DNA of 64,000 nt from an uncultured Gammaproteobacteria bacterium (GCA_964431805.1 CAYSKV010000003.1:53256-117255), one strand, 5' to 3'. Counted from the first letter of the stretch, positions 18,766-28,783 are shown. Made by a program: numbers and translations. The notes: a model not told the origin generated them from the sequence alone.

Positions 18766-19479
18766 ATGCCAGAAATAGAATCAAAAAATTCTAATATTCC
18801 CGTTCATGTCGGCCTTATTATGGATGGTAATCGGCGTTGGGCCAAAGAAAGAAATTTGCCAACTTTTGAAGGGCATTCTGTAGGTTATGAAAAAATGAAG
18901 AAGGCGCCGGGATGGTTTTTTTCTCGTGGCGTAAAAATTTTGTCATTTTTTGCTTTTTCCACAGAAAATTGGAATCGTCAGGCAGCCGAAGTAAATTATT
19001 TAATGAAATTGTTAGAAAAAGCAGTTGAAATAAATTTACTCGAGCTTGCTAAAAAGAATAATTATAAAATTTTAATCAGCGGACGCATAGAAGAATTACC
19101 TGGAGATTTGCCTAATAAATGTTTTAATATCATACAAGAAACAAAAAACAATAATGAAGGCATTATTAATATTTGTTTAAATTACGGCGGACGGGCTGAA
19201 ATAGTTGACGCGGTTCGTAAAATGATAAAAAATAAAGTTGAGCTAGAGCAGGTTCATGAAGGTATGATAAAAAAATATTTATATCAAACTGATTTATCCG
19301 ATCCGGATATAATCGTAAGAACTTCAGGTGAAGAAAGGCTATCAGGATTTTTAACTTGGCAATCGGCTTATAGCGAATTATTTTTTATGAAAAAATATTG
19401 GCCAGATTTTGAGGAGTTGGATGTTGATGTTATTTTAAGGGAATACGCGGAAAGAAAAAGAAGATTTGGTCTAGATTAA
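18766..19479 (+). CDS. uppS: Polyprenyl (undecaprenyl) diphosphate synthase
   Basis: IMDGNRRWA, AFSTENW, NYGGR, RTSGEERLSGF. Confidence 0.97.
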   Translation: MPEIESKNSNIPVHVGLIMDGNRRWAKERNLPTFEGHSVGYEKMKKAPGWFFSRGVKILSFFAFSTENWNRQAAEVNYLMKLLEKAVEINLLELAKKNNYKILISGRIEELPGDLPNKCFNIIQETKNNNEGIINICLNYGGRAEIVDAVRKMIKNKVELEQVHEGMIKKYLYQTDLSDPDIIVRTSGEERLSGFLTWQSAYSELFFMKKYWPDFEELDVDVILREYAERKRRFGLD

Positions 19480-19499
19480 AATATTTAAATATTTAATTT

Positions 19500-19528
19500 A
19501 TCCCTCTTATTTTTAAGAGGGATTTTTT
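19500..19528 (+). terminator. Rho-independent terminator
   Basis: ATCCCTCTTA...TAAGAGGGAT followed by Ts. Confidence 0.75.
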
Positions 19529-19573
19529 ATTAGTTAAATTGAATAATTCTTATTATTTTGCTAAACTGCTGGC

Positions 19574-20782
19574 ATGAATAAAGAGACAAAAAACACACCT
19601 TTAGCCGATCGGATAAGGCCGCAAACCTTAGAGGAATTTTTAGGGCAAGACGAGATTATCGGGCAGGGAAAAATGCTAAGGCAAGCCATAGAATCGGATA
19701 AGGCGCCGTCTATGATTTTTTGGGGACCGCCTGGATCTGGGAAAACCACTTTAGCTCATATCGTTGCTAAAAATACTAAAGCGGAATTTATAAGATTTAG
19801 CGCGGTAACGAGCGGTGTTAAAGATTTAAAGGAGGTAATTAAAAAAGCCAGAGAGAATGTTATCGAAGATAAAAAAACTATTTTATTCATTGACGAAATT
19901 CATCGTTGGAATAAAGCGCAACAAGATGCGTTATTACCCCATGTTGAGCGCGGCACAATTATTTTAATTGGCGCCACCACGGAAAATCCTAGCTTTGAAG
20001 TTCGCGGCGCTTTATTATCAAGGTGTCGTGTTTTTGTTTTAAAACAGTTAACCGCTGAGCAAATTGTAGAAATTATTAAAAGGGCTTTAACTGATAAAAT
20101 TAAAGGGTTAGGCGAGTTAGCTATAAAAATAAATGACGAGACTATAAATTTATTAGCGCAGATGTCTAATGGCGACGCGCGAACGGCGTTGAACGTTTTA
20201 GAATATGCCGCCGCTATAAGTAAAAATATTTCTAGTGAAGTTATAAAAGAAGCTTTTCAAAAATCATATTTACTTTACGATAAAGACGGCGAAGAACATT
20301 ACAATATAATTTCGGCTTTACATAAGTCTTTACGCGGTTCGGACGCGAACGCGGCTTTATATTGGTTAGCAAGAATGCTTGAAGCCGGTGAAGATCCGCT
20401 TTATATTGCTCGGCGCTTAGTGCGTTTTGCTTCTGAAGATGTCGGTTTAGCTAACTCGCGCGCTTTAGAACAAGCCGTGGCCGCTTATCAAGCTTGTCAT
20501 TTTATTGGTATGCCGGAATGCAATGTGATTTTAGCGCAAGTTGTAGTTTATTTAGCTAAGTGCGAAAAATCTAATGAATTATACACGGCTTATAATCAAG
20601 CTGCGGCTGATGTAAGTGAGTTAGGCAATTTGCCTGTGCCTTTACATATTAGAAATGCCCCGACAAAATTAATGAAAGATTTGGGGTATGGTAAAGATTA
20701 TAAATATTCGCCGAATTTTAATTATAAAGAAAAGCAGGAATATTTACCGGATAAATTAAAAGGAAAAAAATATATAAAATAA
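19574..20782 (+). CDS. rarA: Replication-associated recombination protein A (MgsA)
   Basis: PLADRIRP, GPPGSGKTT, FIDEIHR, GATTENP, ISALHKSLRGSD. Confidence 0.96.
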   Translation: MNKETKNTPLADRIRPQTLEEFLGQDEIIGQGKMLRQAIESDKAPSMIFWGPPGSGKTTLAHIVAKNTKAEFIRFSAVTSGVKDLKEVIKKARENVIEDKKTILFIDEIHRWNKAQQDALLPHVERGTIILIGATTENPSFEVRGALLSRCRVFVLKQLTAEQIVEIIKRALTDKIKGLGELAIKINDETINLLAQMSNGDARTALNVLEYAAAISKNISSEVIKEAFQKSYLLYDKDGEEHYNIISALHKSLRGSDANAALYWLARMLEAGEDPLYIARRLVRFASEDVGLANSRALEQAVAAYQACHFIGMPECNVILAQVVVYLAKCEKSNELYTAYNQAAADVSELGNLPVPLHIRNAPTKLMKDLGYGKDYKYSPNFNYKEKQEYLPDKLKGKKYIK

Positions 20783-20787
20783 AAATT

Positions 20788-21918
20788 ATGGATTATTCAA
20801 AACAATCAATCGCTTTACATAAAAAATACCGAGGCAAAATTGAAATAAAATCCAAGGTTAAACTGAGAAATAAAAATGATTTGTCGTTAGCTTATACTCC
20901 TGGTGTGGCCGCGGCATCTTCGGCTATCGGTAAAGATAAAAAATTATCATGGCAGCTTACTAATCGCGCTAATCAAGTGGCAATAGTTTGCGATGGTACG
21001 GCGATTCTGGGCTTAGGCAATTTAGGCGCCGAAGCCGCTATGCCTGTTATGGAAGGTAAGTCAGCAATTTTTAAAAAGTTCGCTGGCGTTGACGCTATAC
21101 CGCTTTGCATTAACACTACGGATACTGAAGAGATTATTAATTTTTGTAAACAAATCGAACCGAGTTTTGGCGGTATAAATTTAGAAGATATTTCAGCTCC
21201 AAGATGTTTTGAAATTTTAGAACGGCTCGAAAAAGAATTATCTATTCCGGTTTTTCATGATGATCAGGACGGTACGGCTATTGTGGTTTTAGCCGTTTTA
21301 ATAAATGTTTGTAAAGTAATGAATAGAGCTTTAAAAAATTTGAAAATTGTAATAAACGGAGCGGGCGCCGCCGGCATCGCTATCGCTAGATTAATTATGG
21401 TCGCGGGAGCCGGAGATTTAATTTTATTAGATAGCCAAGGAATAATTTATAGCGGTCGTAAAGACTTAAATTCAATTAAACGCGCGATTTCGCTAAAAAC
21501 TAACATGAAAAAAATAAAAGGCGGTTTAGCGGAAGCTATGGTCGGAACAGATGTTTTTATCGGAGTTTCAAAAGGAAATTTAGTTACTTCGGAAATGATA
21601 AAAAGTATGAATGTGAAGCCGATTATTTTTGCTATGGCAAATCCAACACCAGAGATTATGCCAGACTTAGCGATGAAGGCCGGCGCTGGTTTAGTCGGTA
21701 CCGGTCGGTCGGATTTTCCTAATCAGATTAATAATGCTTTAGTTTTTCCTGGTATTTTTCGTGGGTTATTGGATAATAAAGTTAAGCAAGTAACGACTAA
21801 AATAAAAATTAAAGCTGCCATGGCTTTAGCTAACGTTGTTAAGCCGAATAAAAAACAGCTACTGCCGTTAGTTACTGACAAAAGGGTAGTTAAGGCGATA
21901 GCGAAAGCAGTAAAATAA
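20788..21918 (+). CDS. NAD(P)-dependent malic enzyme
   Basis: LAYTPGVA, PVMEGK, INLEDISAPRCF, VFHDDQ, GAGAAG, GRSDFPNQINN. Confidence 0.95.
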   Translation: MDYSKQSIALHKKYRGKIEIKSKVKLRNKNDLSLAYTPGVAAASSAIGKDKKLSWQLTNRANQVAIVCDGTAILGLGNLGAEAAMPVMEGKSAIFKKFAGVDAIPLCINTTDTEEIINFCKQIEPSFGGINLEDISAPRCFEILERLEKELSIPVFHDDQDGTAIVVLAVLINVCKVMNRALKNLKIVINGAGAAGIAIARLIMVAGAGDLILLDSQGIIYSGRKDLNSIKRAISLKTNMKKIKGGLAEAMVGTDVFIGVSKGNLVTSEMIKSMNVKPIIFAMANPTPEIMPDLAMKAGAGLVGTGRSDFPNQINNALVFPGIFRGLLDNKVKQVTTKIKIKAAMALANVVKPNKKQLLPLVTDKRVVKAIAKAVK

Positions 21919-21923
21919 AAATT

Positions 21924-22466
21924 ATGGTGAATAAACCAAAATTATTGCTCCAGATTTGCTGCGTTGGTTGCGGAGTTTATGTAAGCCAAATATTAAAACA
22001 GGATTATGACGTGATACTGTTTTTTTATAATCCTAACATTTGGCCTAAAGAAGAATATGAAAAAAGAATAATTGAGGCGGAAAAAATTTCTAAACAATTT
22101 AATTTTCAATTGATAAAAGGCAAATACGAACATGACAAATGGTTAGAAGCGGTGCGCGGGCGCGAAGCTGATCCGGAAAAAGGCGAACGCTGTTTAATCT
22201 GTTATGAGTTTAGGTTGCAAGAGGCTATAGCCATGGCTAAAAAATTAAACTGCGATTATTTAACAACCACTTTAACCACCAGTCCGCATAAAAATGCCTT
22301 GGCGATTAATGAAATCGGGCAAAAATTAGCCGCTGAAAATGATCTAAAATTTTTAAGCCAGGATTTTAAAAAACAGGATGGTTTTAAAAAGTCAGCCGCG
22401 TTAGCGAGAGAGTTAAATTTGTACCGCCAAAATTATTGCGGTTGTGAATTTTCATTTAGAAAATAA
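21924..22466 (+). CDS. queH: Epoxyqueuosine reductase QueH (DUF208)
   Basis: LLLQICC..C, FYNPNI, E.GERC..C, YRQNYCGC. Confidence 0.9.
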   Translation: MVNKPKLLLQICCVGCGVYVSQILKQDYDVILFFYNPNIWPKEEYEKRIIEAEKISKQFNFQLIKGKYEHDKWLEAVRGREADPEKGERCLICYEFRLQEAIAMAKKLNCDYLTTTLTTSPHKNALAINEIGQKLAAENDLKFLSQDFKKQDGFKKSAALARELNLYRQNYCGCEFSFRK

Positions 22467-22515
22467 GGTTTTGCTACAGTTGAAAAATATCAGCTTTTAA
22501 TGTTATAATCATCTC

Positions 22516-23559
22516 ATGGATATTTCTTCTTATTTCAAACAAGCGATTGAGCAAAAAGCTTCTGATTTGCATTTGGCGGCCGGTAGTATTCCGGCTTTGC
22601 GTATCAGCGGTGAGCTAATTAAACTAAATCACGATATTGTAAAAAATGAAGATTTAGAGCAGGCGATCATTTCTTTTATTGATAAAAAAACCATGGAAAA
22701 ATTCGCTCGACATCGCGAATTAGATTTTTCCCAGGATTTTTTTGGTTCTCGTTTTAGGGTTAATTTGCATTATCAAGAAGGAAAAATCGGTTTAACCGCT
22801 AGGTTAATACCAAAAGATGTGCCTGAACCAAGTGAGTTAATGTTTGATGAAGTGGTTTATAAACTTACACATCTAAAAGACGGGTTAATTTTAGTTACTG
22901 GTCCATCAGGCTCTGGCAAATCCACGACTTTGGCTTGCATGGTTAATATTATAAATAAAGAGCGACGAGCTCATATTATTACTATTGAAGATCCAATTGA
23001 ATATTTATTTACCGAAGAGCAGAGTATTATTGAACAGCGTGAGTTGGGCCATGATACTGAGAGCTATGCTTCTGCTTTAAAATATTCTTTACGGCAGGAT
23101 CCTAATATTATTATGTTAGGAGAAATGAGAGATCAGGAAACTATCGCTGCCGCTTTGACTGCGGTTGAAACGGGCCATTTAGTTTTTTCCACTTTGCATA
23201 CTTCGACTGCCTCCGAAACTATTAGTCGCATTGTTGATGTTTTCCCGGCTCATCAGCAGCAGCAGATTTTAAATCAATTAGCATCAACTTTACGCGCGGT
23301 CGTTGCCCAGCAATTAATACCAAAAATCGGTGGCGGTCGCGTAGTGGCGCGTGAAATTTTAATTAATAATTCCGCCATTGCGAATTTAATCAGACGAGGG
23401 CAAATCGGTCAGATTTATTCGGCTATTCAGACTAGTCGCAAAGACGGTATGGTTACTATGAATAAATCAATTGATGAATTATTAAAGCAAGGATTGATTA
23501 ATGAAGATGTGGCGCGCAACCGCAAAAGAGATTTAGAAACCCAAGCTTCTTATTATTAA
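22516..23559 (+). CDS. pilT: Type IV pilus retraction ATPase
   Basis: ASDLHL, GPSGSGKSTT, TIEDPIE, LRQDP, GEMRD, TGHLVFSTLH. Confidence 0.95.
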   Translation: MDISSYFKQAIEQKASDLHLAAGSIPALRISGELIKLNHDIVKNEDLEQAIISFIDKKTMEKFARHRELDFSQDFFGSRFRVNLHYQEGKIGLTARLIPKDVPEPSELMFDEVVYKLTHLKDGLILVTGPSGSGKSTTLACMVNIINKERRAHIITIEDPIEYLFTEEQSIIEQRELGHDTESYASALKYSLRQDPNIIMLGEMRDQETIAAALTAVETGHLVFSTLHTSTASETISRIVDVFPAHQQQQILNQLASTLRAVVAQQLIPKIGGGRVVAREILINNSAIANLIRRGQIGQIYSAIQTSRKDGMVTMNKSIDELLKQGLINEDVARNRKRDLETQASYY

Positions 23560-23689
23560 ATCTTTGAAATTTTTTAGAAAAAGTTTTCAATACTTTCCCC
23601 GCTTAAGCGGGATAAACAAAAAATATAACGTATCAAGTTAAAATTTAATAGCGAGTAGAACTCTACGGCCATTAAATTTTAACTTGATA
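23560..23689 (+). repeat. Structured intergenic repeat family A, copy 1 (with nested CCCG hairpin)
   Basis: Core stem TATCAAGTTAAAATTTAAT/ATTAAATTTTAACTTGATA around AGC-GAGT-AGA-ACTC-TACGGCC. Confidence 0.9.
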
Positions 23690-23698
23690 AATACATTT

Positions 23699-24028
23699 AT
23701 GCAATTGGAAAAATGGCAAGAAATAATCGGCAACATTAAAGATAATTTTAAAGTTGAAGAAAGTGGAAACGAGCATCTTGAAGATGAAGGCGGCGTCGAT
23801 GTTGAATACATAGTTTTCGATGGTCCTCTAGGCAAAATGAGATTGGAGTTTGTTTCTAAACCGGTAATTCTTGATAAAAAAACTAAATATTCAAATCGCA
23901 TCGGCTCAGAAACTGTAGTTGATTATATTTATAGTAAAGAAGAAAAAACGCATAAATTAAAAGCTTATAAATGGGATGAAGCTTTAAATGATTGGGTTGA
24001 AATGGATGCTAAAAATTTTGGACTTTAG
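23699..24028 (+). CDS. Hypothetical acidic protein
   Basis: 109 aa from ATG 23699; the upstream TTG start lies inside the repeat. Confidence 0.75.
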   Translation: MQLEKWQEIIGNIKDNFKVEESGNEHLEDEGGVDVEYIVFDGPLGKMRLEFVSKPVILDKKTKYSNRIGSETVVDYIYSKEEKTHKLKAYKWDEALNDWVEMDAKNFGL

Positions 24029-24029
24029 A

Positions 24030-24142
24030 AATCCTTAAAAACTTTTTTAGAAAAAGTTTTTAATATTTTCAAAAAATATAATGTATCAAATAAAAATTTT
24101 ATAGCGGGCAAAGCCCTGCGGCCATAAAATTTTAATTTGATG
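24030..24142 (+). repeat. Structured intergenic repeat family A, copy 2
   Basis: AAAACTTTTT..AAAAAGTTTT hairpin; core TATCAAATAAAAATTTTAT-AGC-GGGC-AAA-GCCC-TGCGGCC-ATAAAATTTTAATTTGATG. Confidence 0.9.
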
Positions 24143-24194
24143 ATTTATAATAATAAAAATAATATTTCCCCGACGAGCGGGATAAAAAAATAAT

Positions 24195-24608
24195 ATGAAA
24201 AAAAATGAAAAGATTTTAATTTCTCTTTTAATAATTCTATTTTTTTTAGTTTTATATTTAATTCTTACCTCGGAATCTGTTAAGCAAATAAATAATTCCA
24301 GCCAACAAGTTAAAAAAGACAATTCAATTGCGCTGGAGAATGATTATAAGCCAAAAGCCAAGGAGATTTTTGTTGATTACGAAAATTTGATTAAAAATAG
24401 TAGCTTTACCAAAGAGAATATTGAGAGTCTCAAAAATAAGTTATTAGATTTAAAAGTGCCAGCTAAATTTAAAGAATTACACGTTCAGCTATTTTTAGCT
24501 TTGACTAAAATGGAAAATTATTTAGATCAAAAAAATGAACAGGATAAAAGCGATAGTCTTCAGACAGTTAATCAATTAAAAGCTAATTATAGTTGGTTAA
24601 ACGGCTAG
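24195..24608 (+). CDS. Hypothetical protein with N-terminal membrane anchor
   Basis: Hydrophobic N-terminus, helical remainder. Confidence 0.7.
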   Translation: MKKNEKILISLLIILFFLVLYLILTSESVKQINNSSQQVKKDNSIALENDYKPKAKEIFVDYENLIKNSSFTKENIESLKNKLLDLKVPAKFKELHVQLFLALTKMENYLDQKNEQDKSDSLQTVNQLKANYSWLNG

Positions 24609-24648
24609 ACCATTAAATTTCAATTTGATAATTTAATAAAAAATTCGC

Positions 24649-25410
24649 ATGAAATTAAATCGTTTTTTACCTTTATTCATACCTTTATTAGTTTATGCTT
24701 TGGATCAGATGTATTTTTTTTCTCCCAAACTTATTTATGTAGTAGCTGTTTTAATGAATTTGTTGTTGTTTTTCGTGGTTTGGCAATTTTGTAAAGCTAG
24801 CCAAATTGATAAAGAGTGGTGGAATTATTTAATATTGCCAGCCATTATGTCTACGGCCGTTATAGCTTATTCAGTTTTTTTAAGTTATAAATTAGTCATT
24901 CAATTATTATTTGCCTTAAATCTAGTATTTTTGTATTTTTATTTGCGTTACATTTATTATTACCTTTTAAGTCCAGCCGCCTACGAAATTTTTAGCATAG
25001 AAAATATTTCTTCTTACGTAAGTTGGCTTAGTTTTTTTCTTCTTTCGGCCGTTGTTTATGGCTTGCAATCATTTTTAAATTTACCAATTTTTTATTTAGC
25101 ATTAATTATGTTGGCGGTGGCGGTTTTGATTATTCATCAGATTGTTTGGGTAAATAAAATTGAATTTAAGAAAGGCTTGCCATATATTTTAATTAGCTGT
25201 TTTATTTTAATTGAATTGTGTTGGTCAATTTCCTTTTTGCCATTTAATTACAATATTTCCGGGCTTTGCTTGGCAATCTGTTTTTATACTATCATCGGGC
25301 TTGTTAAAAATCATCTACTTGACAAATTGGACGCGGTTAAGGTAAGAATGTATTTAATACTGGGGTCGGTAAGTTTATTTTTAATATTATTTACTGCTAG
25401 ATGGATTTAA
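24649..25410 (+). CDS. Polytopic membrane protein of unknown function
   Basis: 253 aa with about 9 hydrophobic segments, ends TARW. Confidence 0.75.
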   Translation: MKLNRFLPLFIPLLVYALDQMYFFSPKLIYVVAVLMNLLLFFVVWQFCKASQIDKEWWNYLILPAIMSTAVIAYSVFLSYKLVIQLLFALNLVFLYFYLRYIYYYLLSPAAYEIFSIENISSYVSWLSFFLLSAVVYGLQSFLNLPIFYLALIMLAVAVLIIHQIVWVNKIEFKKGLPYILISCFILIELCWSISFLPFNYNISGLCLAICFYTIIGLVKNHLLDKLDAVKVRMYLILGSVSLFLILFTARWI

Positions 25411-25412
25411 TT

Positions 25413-25559
25413 AATCTTTAAAAACTTTTTCAAAAAAAGTTTTCCCCTAAAGGGATAAATAATATTTTCCCCGACGAGCGGGATAAACAAAAAATATAAT
25501 GTATCAAATAAAATTTTATAGCGAGCGAAGCTCTACGGCCATAAAATTTTTATTAGATA
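25413..25559 (+). repeat. Structured intergenic repeat family A, copy 3 (two nested CCC..GGGATAAA hairpins)
   Basis: Core TATCAAATAAAATTTTAT-AGC-GAGC-GAA-GCTC-TACGGCC-ATAAAATTTTTATTAGATA. Confidence 0.9.
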
Positions 25560-25576
25560 TTAATAATAAAATAATT

Positions 25577-26731
25577 ATGAAATATATAAAGGATTTTTTT
25601 AAAAAACATAAATTAGTTACTTTAATAATAGGATTTTTAATTTTAGGTTTTGCTGGCGGCGTGGCCGGCAGCATTATCGCTAAATCTTATTTTATTGACG
25701 CACAATATAATTTTTCTTCATTAAGCAATTTGGATTTTTCTCAGGGTAAATTTAAGGATCAGGGTATAGTAATTAGTAACCCTAAAAATGTTATTGTCCA
25801 ACAAGATGTAAAAATAGAGGAAACAATTAATTCGGTTGACGATAGTTTAGTTGGTATTTATAAAAAACAAAAAATTGTTAAGTCAAATAACGTTTTTTCT
25901 TTAGATAATTTTTATAAAATCAATGATGCGGCTGGCCAGGGTTTTATTATAACTTCTGATGGTTGGATAATAACCACTTTAATTTTAGATAAAACTTATG
26001 CTGATTATGTGGTTATTACAAAAGATAAAAAAATATATCTAATTGATAAAGCTATTAGCGATGCTATAACTGGTTTTAATTTTATTCATGTCGCCGCCAG
26101 AGATTTTCCGGTTAGAAAATTTGCTGAAAGTCAGGATATAAAGGTAGGCAATTCAACCGTTAGTGTAAATTGGCCTGGGTTAAGTTGGATTTCTTCAGTT
26201 GTTGGATTTAAAGAAAAAAATGATCAAGTAAAATCAAGCGATAGTTTTTCTGCTAAGTTAATTTTAAATAGCGATGTGCCTATAGCATTCAAGGGTTCAA
26301 TAGTTTTTAATCTAGCTGGAGATGCTCTAGGTTTAATTGATGGGAAGGGCGAGATTGAACCGATGGCGCATTTAGCAACAGTAGTTGATAGTTTGTTTAA
26401 AAATAAAACTATTAAAAGGCCAAGTCTAGGCATTAATTATATAGATTTATCGTCTCTCGTATCCATAGATGAACAAAATAATAGCTGGCAGAAAGGCGCG
26501 GTTATTTATAAAGATCAAAAAAGTGTGGCGGTTAAAAAGGGTAGTTCTGCCGAAAAAGCTGGTTTAAAAGAAGGTGATATTATAATTTCAGTTGGCAGCA
26601 TAAAACTCGATGAAATAAATGATTTGGCTGATCTTATACAGAGTTACTCTGCCGGCGATAAGATTAATTTAACAATTATACGCGGTGGCGTTGAAAAAGA
26701 AGTTGAAGCTATTTTAGGCGAACAGAAATAG
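25577..26731 (+). CDS. HtrA/S1C-like membrane protein with PDZ domain; catalytic triad apparently lost
   Basis: GQGFIITSDGWIIT, RPSLGI, SSAEKAGLKEGDII; expected His/Asp/Ser positions substituted. Confidence 0.8.
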   Translation: MKYIKDFFKKHKLVTLIIGFLILGFAGGVAGSIIAKSYFIDAQYNFSSLSNLDFSQGKFKDQGIVISNPKNVIVQQDVKIEETINSVDDSLVGIYKKQKIVKSNNVFSLDNFYKINDAAGQGFIITSDGWIITTLILDKTYADYVVITKDKKIYLIDKAISDAITGFNFIHVAARDFPVRKFAESQDIKVGNSTVSVNWPGLSWISSVVGFKEKNDQVKSSDSFSAKLILNSDVPIAFKGSIVFNLAGDALGLIDGKGEIEPMAHLATVVDSLFKNKTIKRPSLGINYIDLSSLVSIDEQNNSWQKGAVIYKDQKSVAVKKGSSAEKAGLKEGDIIISVGSIKLDEINDLADLIQSYSAGDKINLTIIRGGVEKEVEAILGEQK

Positions 26732-26758
26732 AAAAATTATAAAAAAGCAATAAATTAT

Positions 26759-26794
26759 AACCTGTTTAGCGTTAGCTAGGCAGGTTTTTATTTT
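26759..26794 (+). terminator. Rho-independent terminator
   Basis: AACCTGTTTAGC-GTTA-GCTAGGCAGGTT followed by Ts. Confidence 0.75.
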
Positions 26795-26826
26795 AAGTAA
26801 TTTATGTTATAATATTAACAAGCTTT

Positions 26827-27981
26827 ATGAAAATAAAATCTATTAGAAATATTAAAAAATTAGCTGGTCAAATTGTATTATTGCGAGCTGATTTAAATGT
26901 ACCGATAAAAAACGGTCGGATTAAAAGTGATTATAAAATCGTAGCAACTTTACCTACTATTCGTTATTTATTAAGGCATAATTCAAAGATAGTTGTTACC
27001 ACTCACGTAGATAAAGGCAATAAAGCTGAACCAATAGCTAAAAGATTAGCCCAGCTTTTAGACAAAAGAATATTATTTGTTAATGATTGTGTTGGCGATA
27101 AAGTCGCTTTAGCGGTTAAAAAAATGGAAAATAAAGATATAATTTTTTTGGAAAATTTACGCTTTAACCCAGGCGAAGAAAAAAATGATAAAAAATTTGC
27201 CAAAGCTTTGGCTGGGTTTGCTGATATTTACGTAAATGATTCTTTTGGAGTTAATCATCGCAATCATGCTTCGCTTGCCGCTATTAAAAAGTATTTGCCC
27301 GCGTTTGCCGGGTTGCTTTTAGAAAAAGAAATTTTAAATTTAAATAAAATTTTAGAACCAAAACAGCCCATGATTTCTATAATTGGCGGAGCTAAAATTG
27401 GGACTAAAATTTCCTTAATAAAAAAATTAGCCAAAAAGTCTTATCGCGTTTTAATCGGCGGAGCCTTAGCTAATAATTTTATTTCTGCCCATGGTTTTAA
27501 AATTGGTAAATCGATGGCCGATAAGGCCAGTATAAAAATAGCGAGCGAACTAGCTAAAAAATATAAAAATATTGTTTTACCGATTGACGTTATAACCGCT
27601 AAAAAAATTAATAGTAAAAATATAGAAGTTAAGCCAGTTAATCAAGTTAAAAAAGATGATATTATTCTTGATATCGGGCCGCGGACGATTAAACTTTTTG
27701 TTAATTTTATTAGGCATGCTAATACCATAATTTGGAATGGACCAATGGGGTATTTTGAAAATGAACATTTTAAGCATGGCACATTATCTATAGCGCGATT
27801 TGTTGCTGCTCGATCTACCGGTCAAGCTTTTGGAGCGGTCGGCGGCGGAGAAACTATAGAAGCTTTAAAAATGACTAAAATGGAAGATTATATTGATTGG
27901 GTTTCGACTGGCGGAGGAGCGATGCTGACTTATTTAGGCGGAGAGCTAATGCCTGGGTTAAAAGGCATAGTAAAATATTAA
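26827..27981 (+). CDS. pgk: Phosphoglycerate kinase
   Basis: RADLNVP, LENLRF, HRNHAS, GGAK, DIGP, WNGPMG, STGGGA. Confidence 0.95.
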   Translation: MKIKSIRNIKKLAGQIVLLRADLNVPIKNGRIKSDYKIVATLPTIRYLLRHNSKIVVTTHVDKGNKAEPIAKRLAQLLDKRILFVNDCVGDKVALAVKKMENKDIIFLENLRFNPGEEKNDKKFAKALAGFADIYVNDSFGVNHRNHASLAAIKKYLPAFAGLLLEKEILNLNKILEPKQPMISIIGGAKIGTKISLIKKLAKKSYRVLIGGALANNFISAHGFKIGKSMADKASIKIASELAKKYKNIVLPIDVITAKKINSKNIEVKPVNQVKKDDIILDIGPRTIKLFVNFIRHANTIIWNGPMGYFENEHFKHGTLSIARFVAARSTGQAFGAVGGGETIEALKMTKMEDYIDWVSTGGGAMLTYLGGELMPGLKGIVKY

Positions 27982-27998
27982 TTAATAAATATAAATTT

Positions 27999-28751
27999 AT
28001 GATTCCAAACAAAATCGTGACAATTTTTGTGGGTGTTTTTTTAACGCTCGGCACAATTTATTTAGGTATTTTAAGTTGGAATGGTATTAAATCTCACAAC
28101 TATATTGGCATTAGCCCAAAAGAAAGTCATTCCATTGTTATTACCGGAGAAGGTAAAGTAACTGGCGTGCCTGATGTGGCCAAAATCCAATTAGGTTTTA
28201 GTATTGAGAAAAAAACTGTAGCCGAAGCGCAAAAAGAAAATACGACAAAAATAAATGCTATGATTGATAAATTAAAGAAAGATTTTAAAATTGACGCTAA
28301 AGATATACAAACTGTGAACTATTATATTTCGCCGCAATATGATTATTTAAGCAGCGGCAAGCAATCTTTAAGAGGTTATTTAGTGAGTCAGGATTTGAGC
28401 GTTAAAGTTCGAGACATGAATAAAGTGAGTCAAATTTTAGATGCCGCCGGTTCGGTTGGTTTAAACCAGGTGGGTAGTCTTGCCTTTGAAATAGATAATC
28501 CGGAAAAACTTAAAGAGGAAGCTAGAAGTAAGGCCTTAGAGCAAGCTAAAGTTAAGGCATCTTCTTTATCTAATATCGTTGGCGTGAAACTTGGTAAAAT
28601 TATTTCTTTTAGCGAATCATCGAGTGAACCAGGCGGATATTATAAAGCTTATTCTATGGCTGAAGGCATGGGCGGCGGAGGAGCTCCAAGTATCGAAGCT
28701 GGTAGTAATGAAATTACGGTATTTGCTACGGTTGAGTATGAGATTTTATAG
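27999..28751 (+). CDS. SIMPL-domain (DUF541) protein
   Basis: ITGEGKVTGVPDVA, ARSKALEQAK.KA, GVKLGKI; N-terminal TM. Confidence 0.9.
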   Translation: MIPNKIVTIFVGVFLTLGTIYLGILSWNGIKSHNYIGISPKESHSIVITGEGKVTGVPDVAKIQLGFSIEKKTVAEAQKENTTKINAMIDKLKKDFKIDAKDIQTVNYYISPQYDYLSSGKQSLRGYLVSQDLSVKVRDMNKVSQILDAAGSVGLNQVGSLAFEIDNPEKLKEEARSKALEQAKVKASSLSNIVGVKLGKIISFSESSSEPGGYYKAYSMAEGMGGGGAPSIEAGSNEITVFATVEYEIL

Positions 28752-28783
28752 GATAATAGTAGTTAATATTTATAATTAGACAT

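Noticed and set aside
23594-25488. CRISPR array suggested by I-E-like repeats
   Set aside because: Copies are irregularly spaced, separated by whole genes, have no spacer periodicity, and no cas genes are in the window
25499-25576. Upstream start codons at 23684, 25499 and 55610
   Set aside because: They fall inside family A repeats; downstream ATGs were used instead
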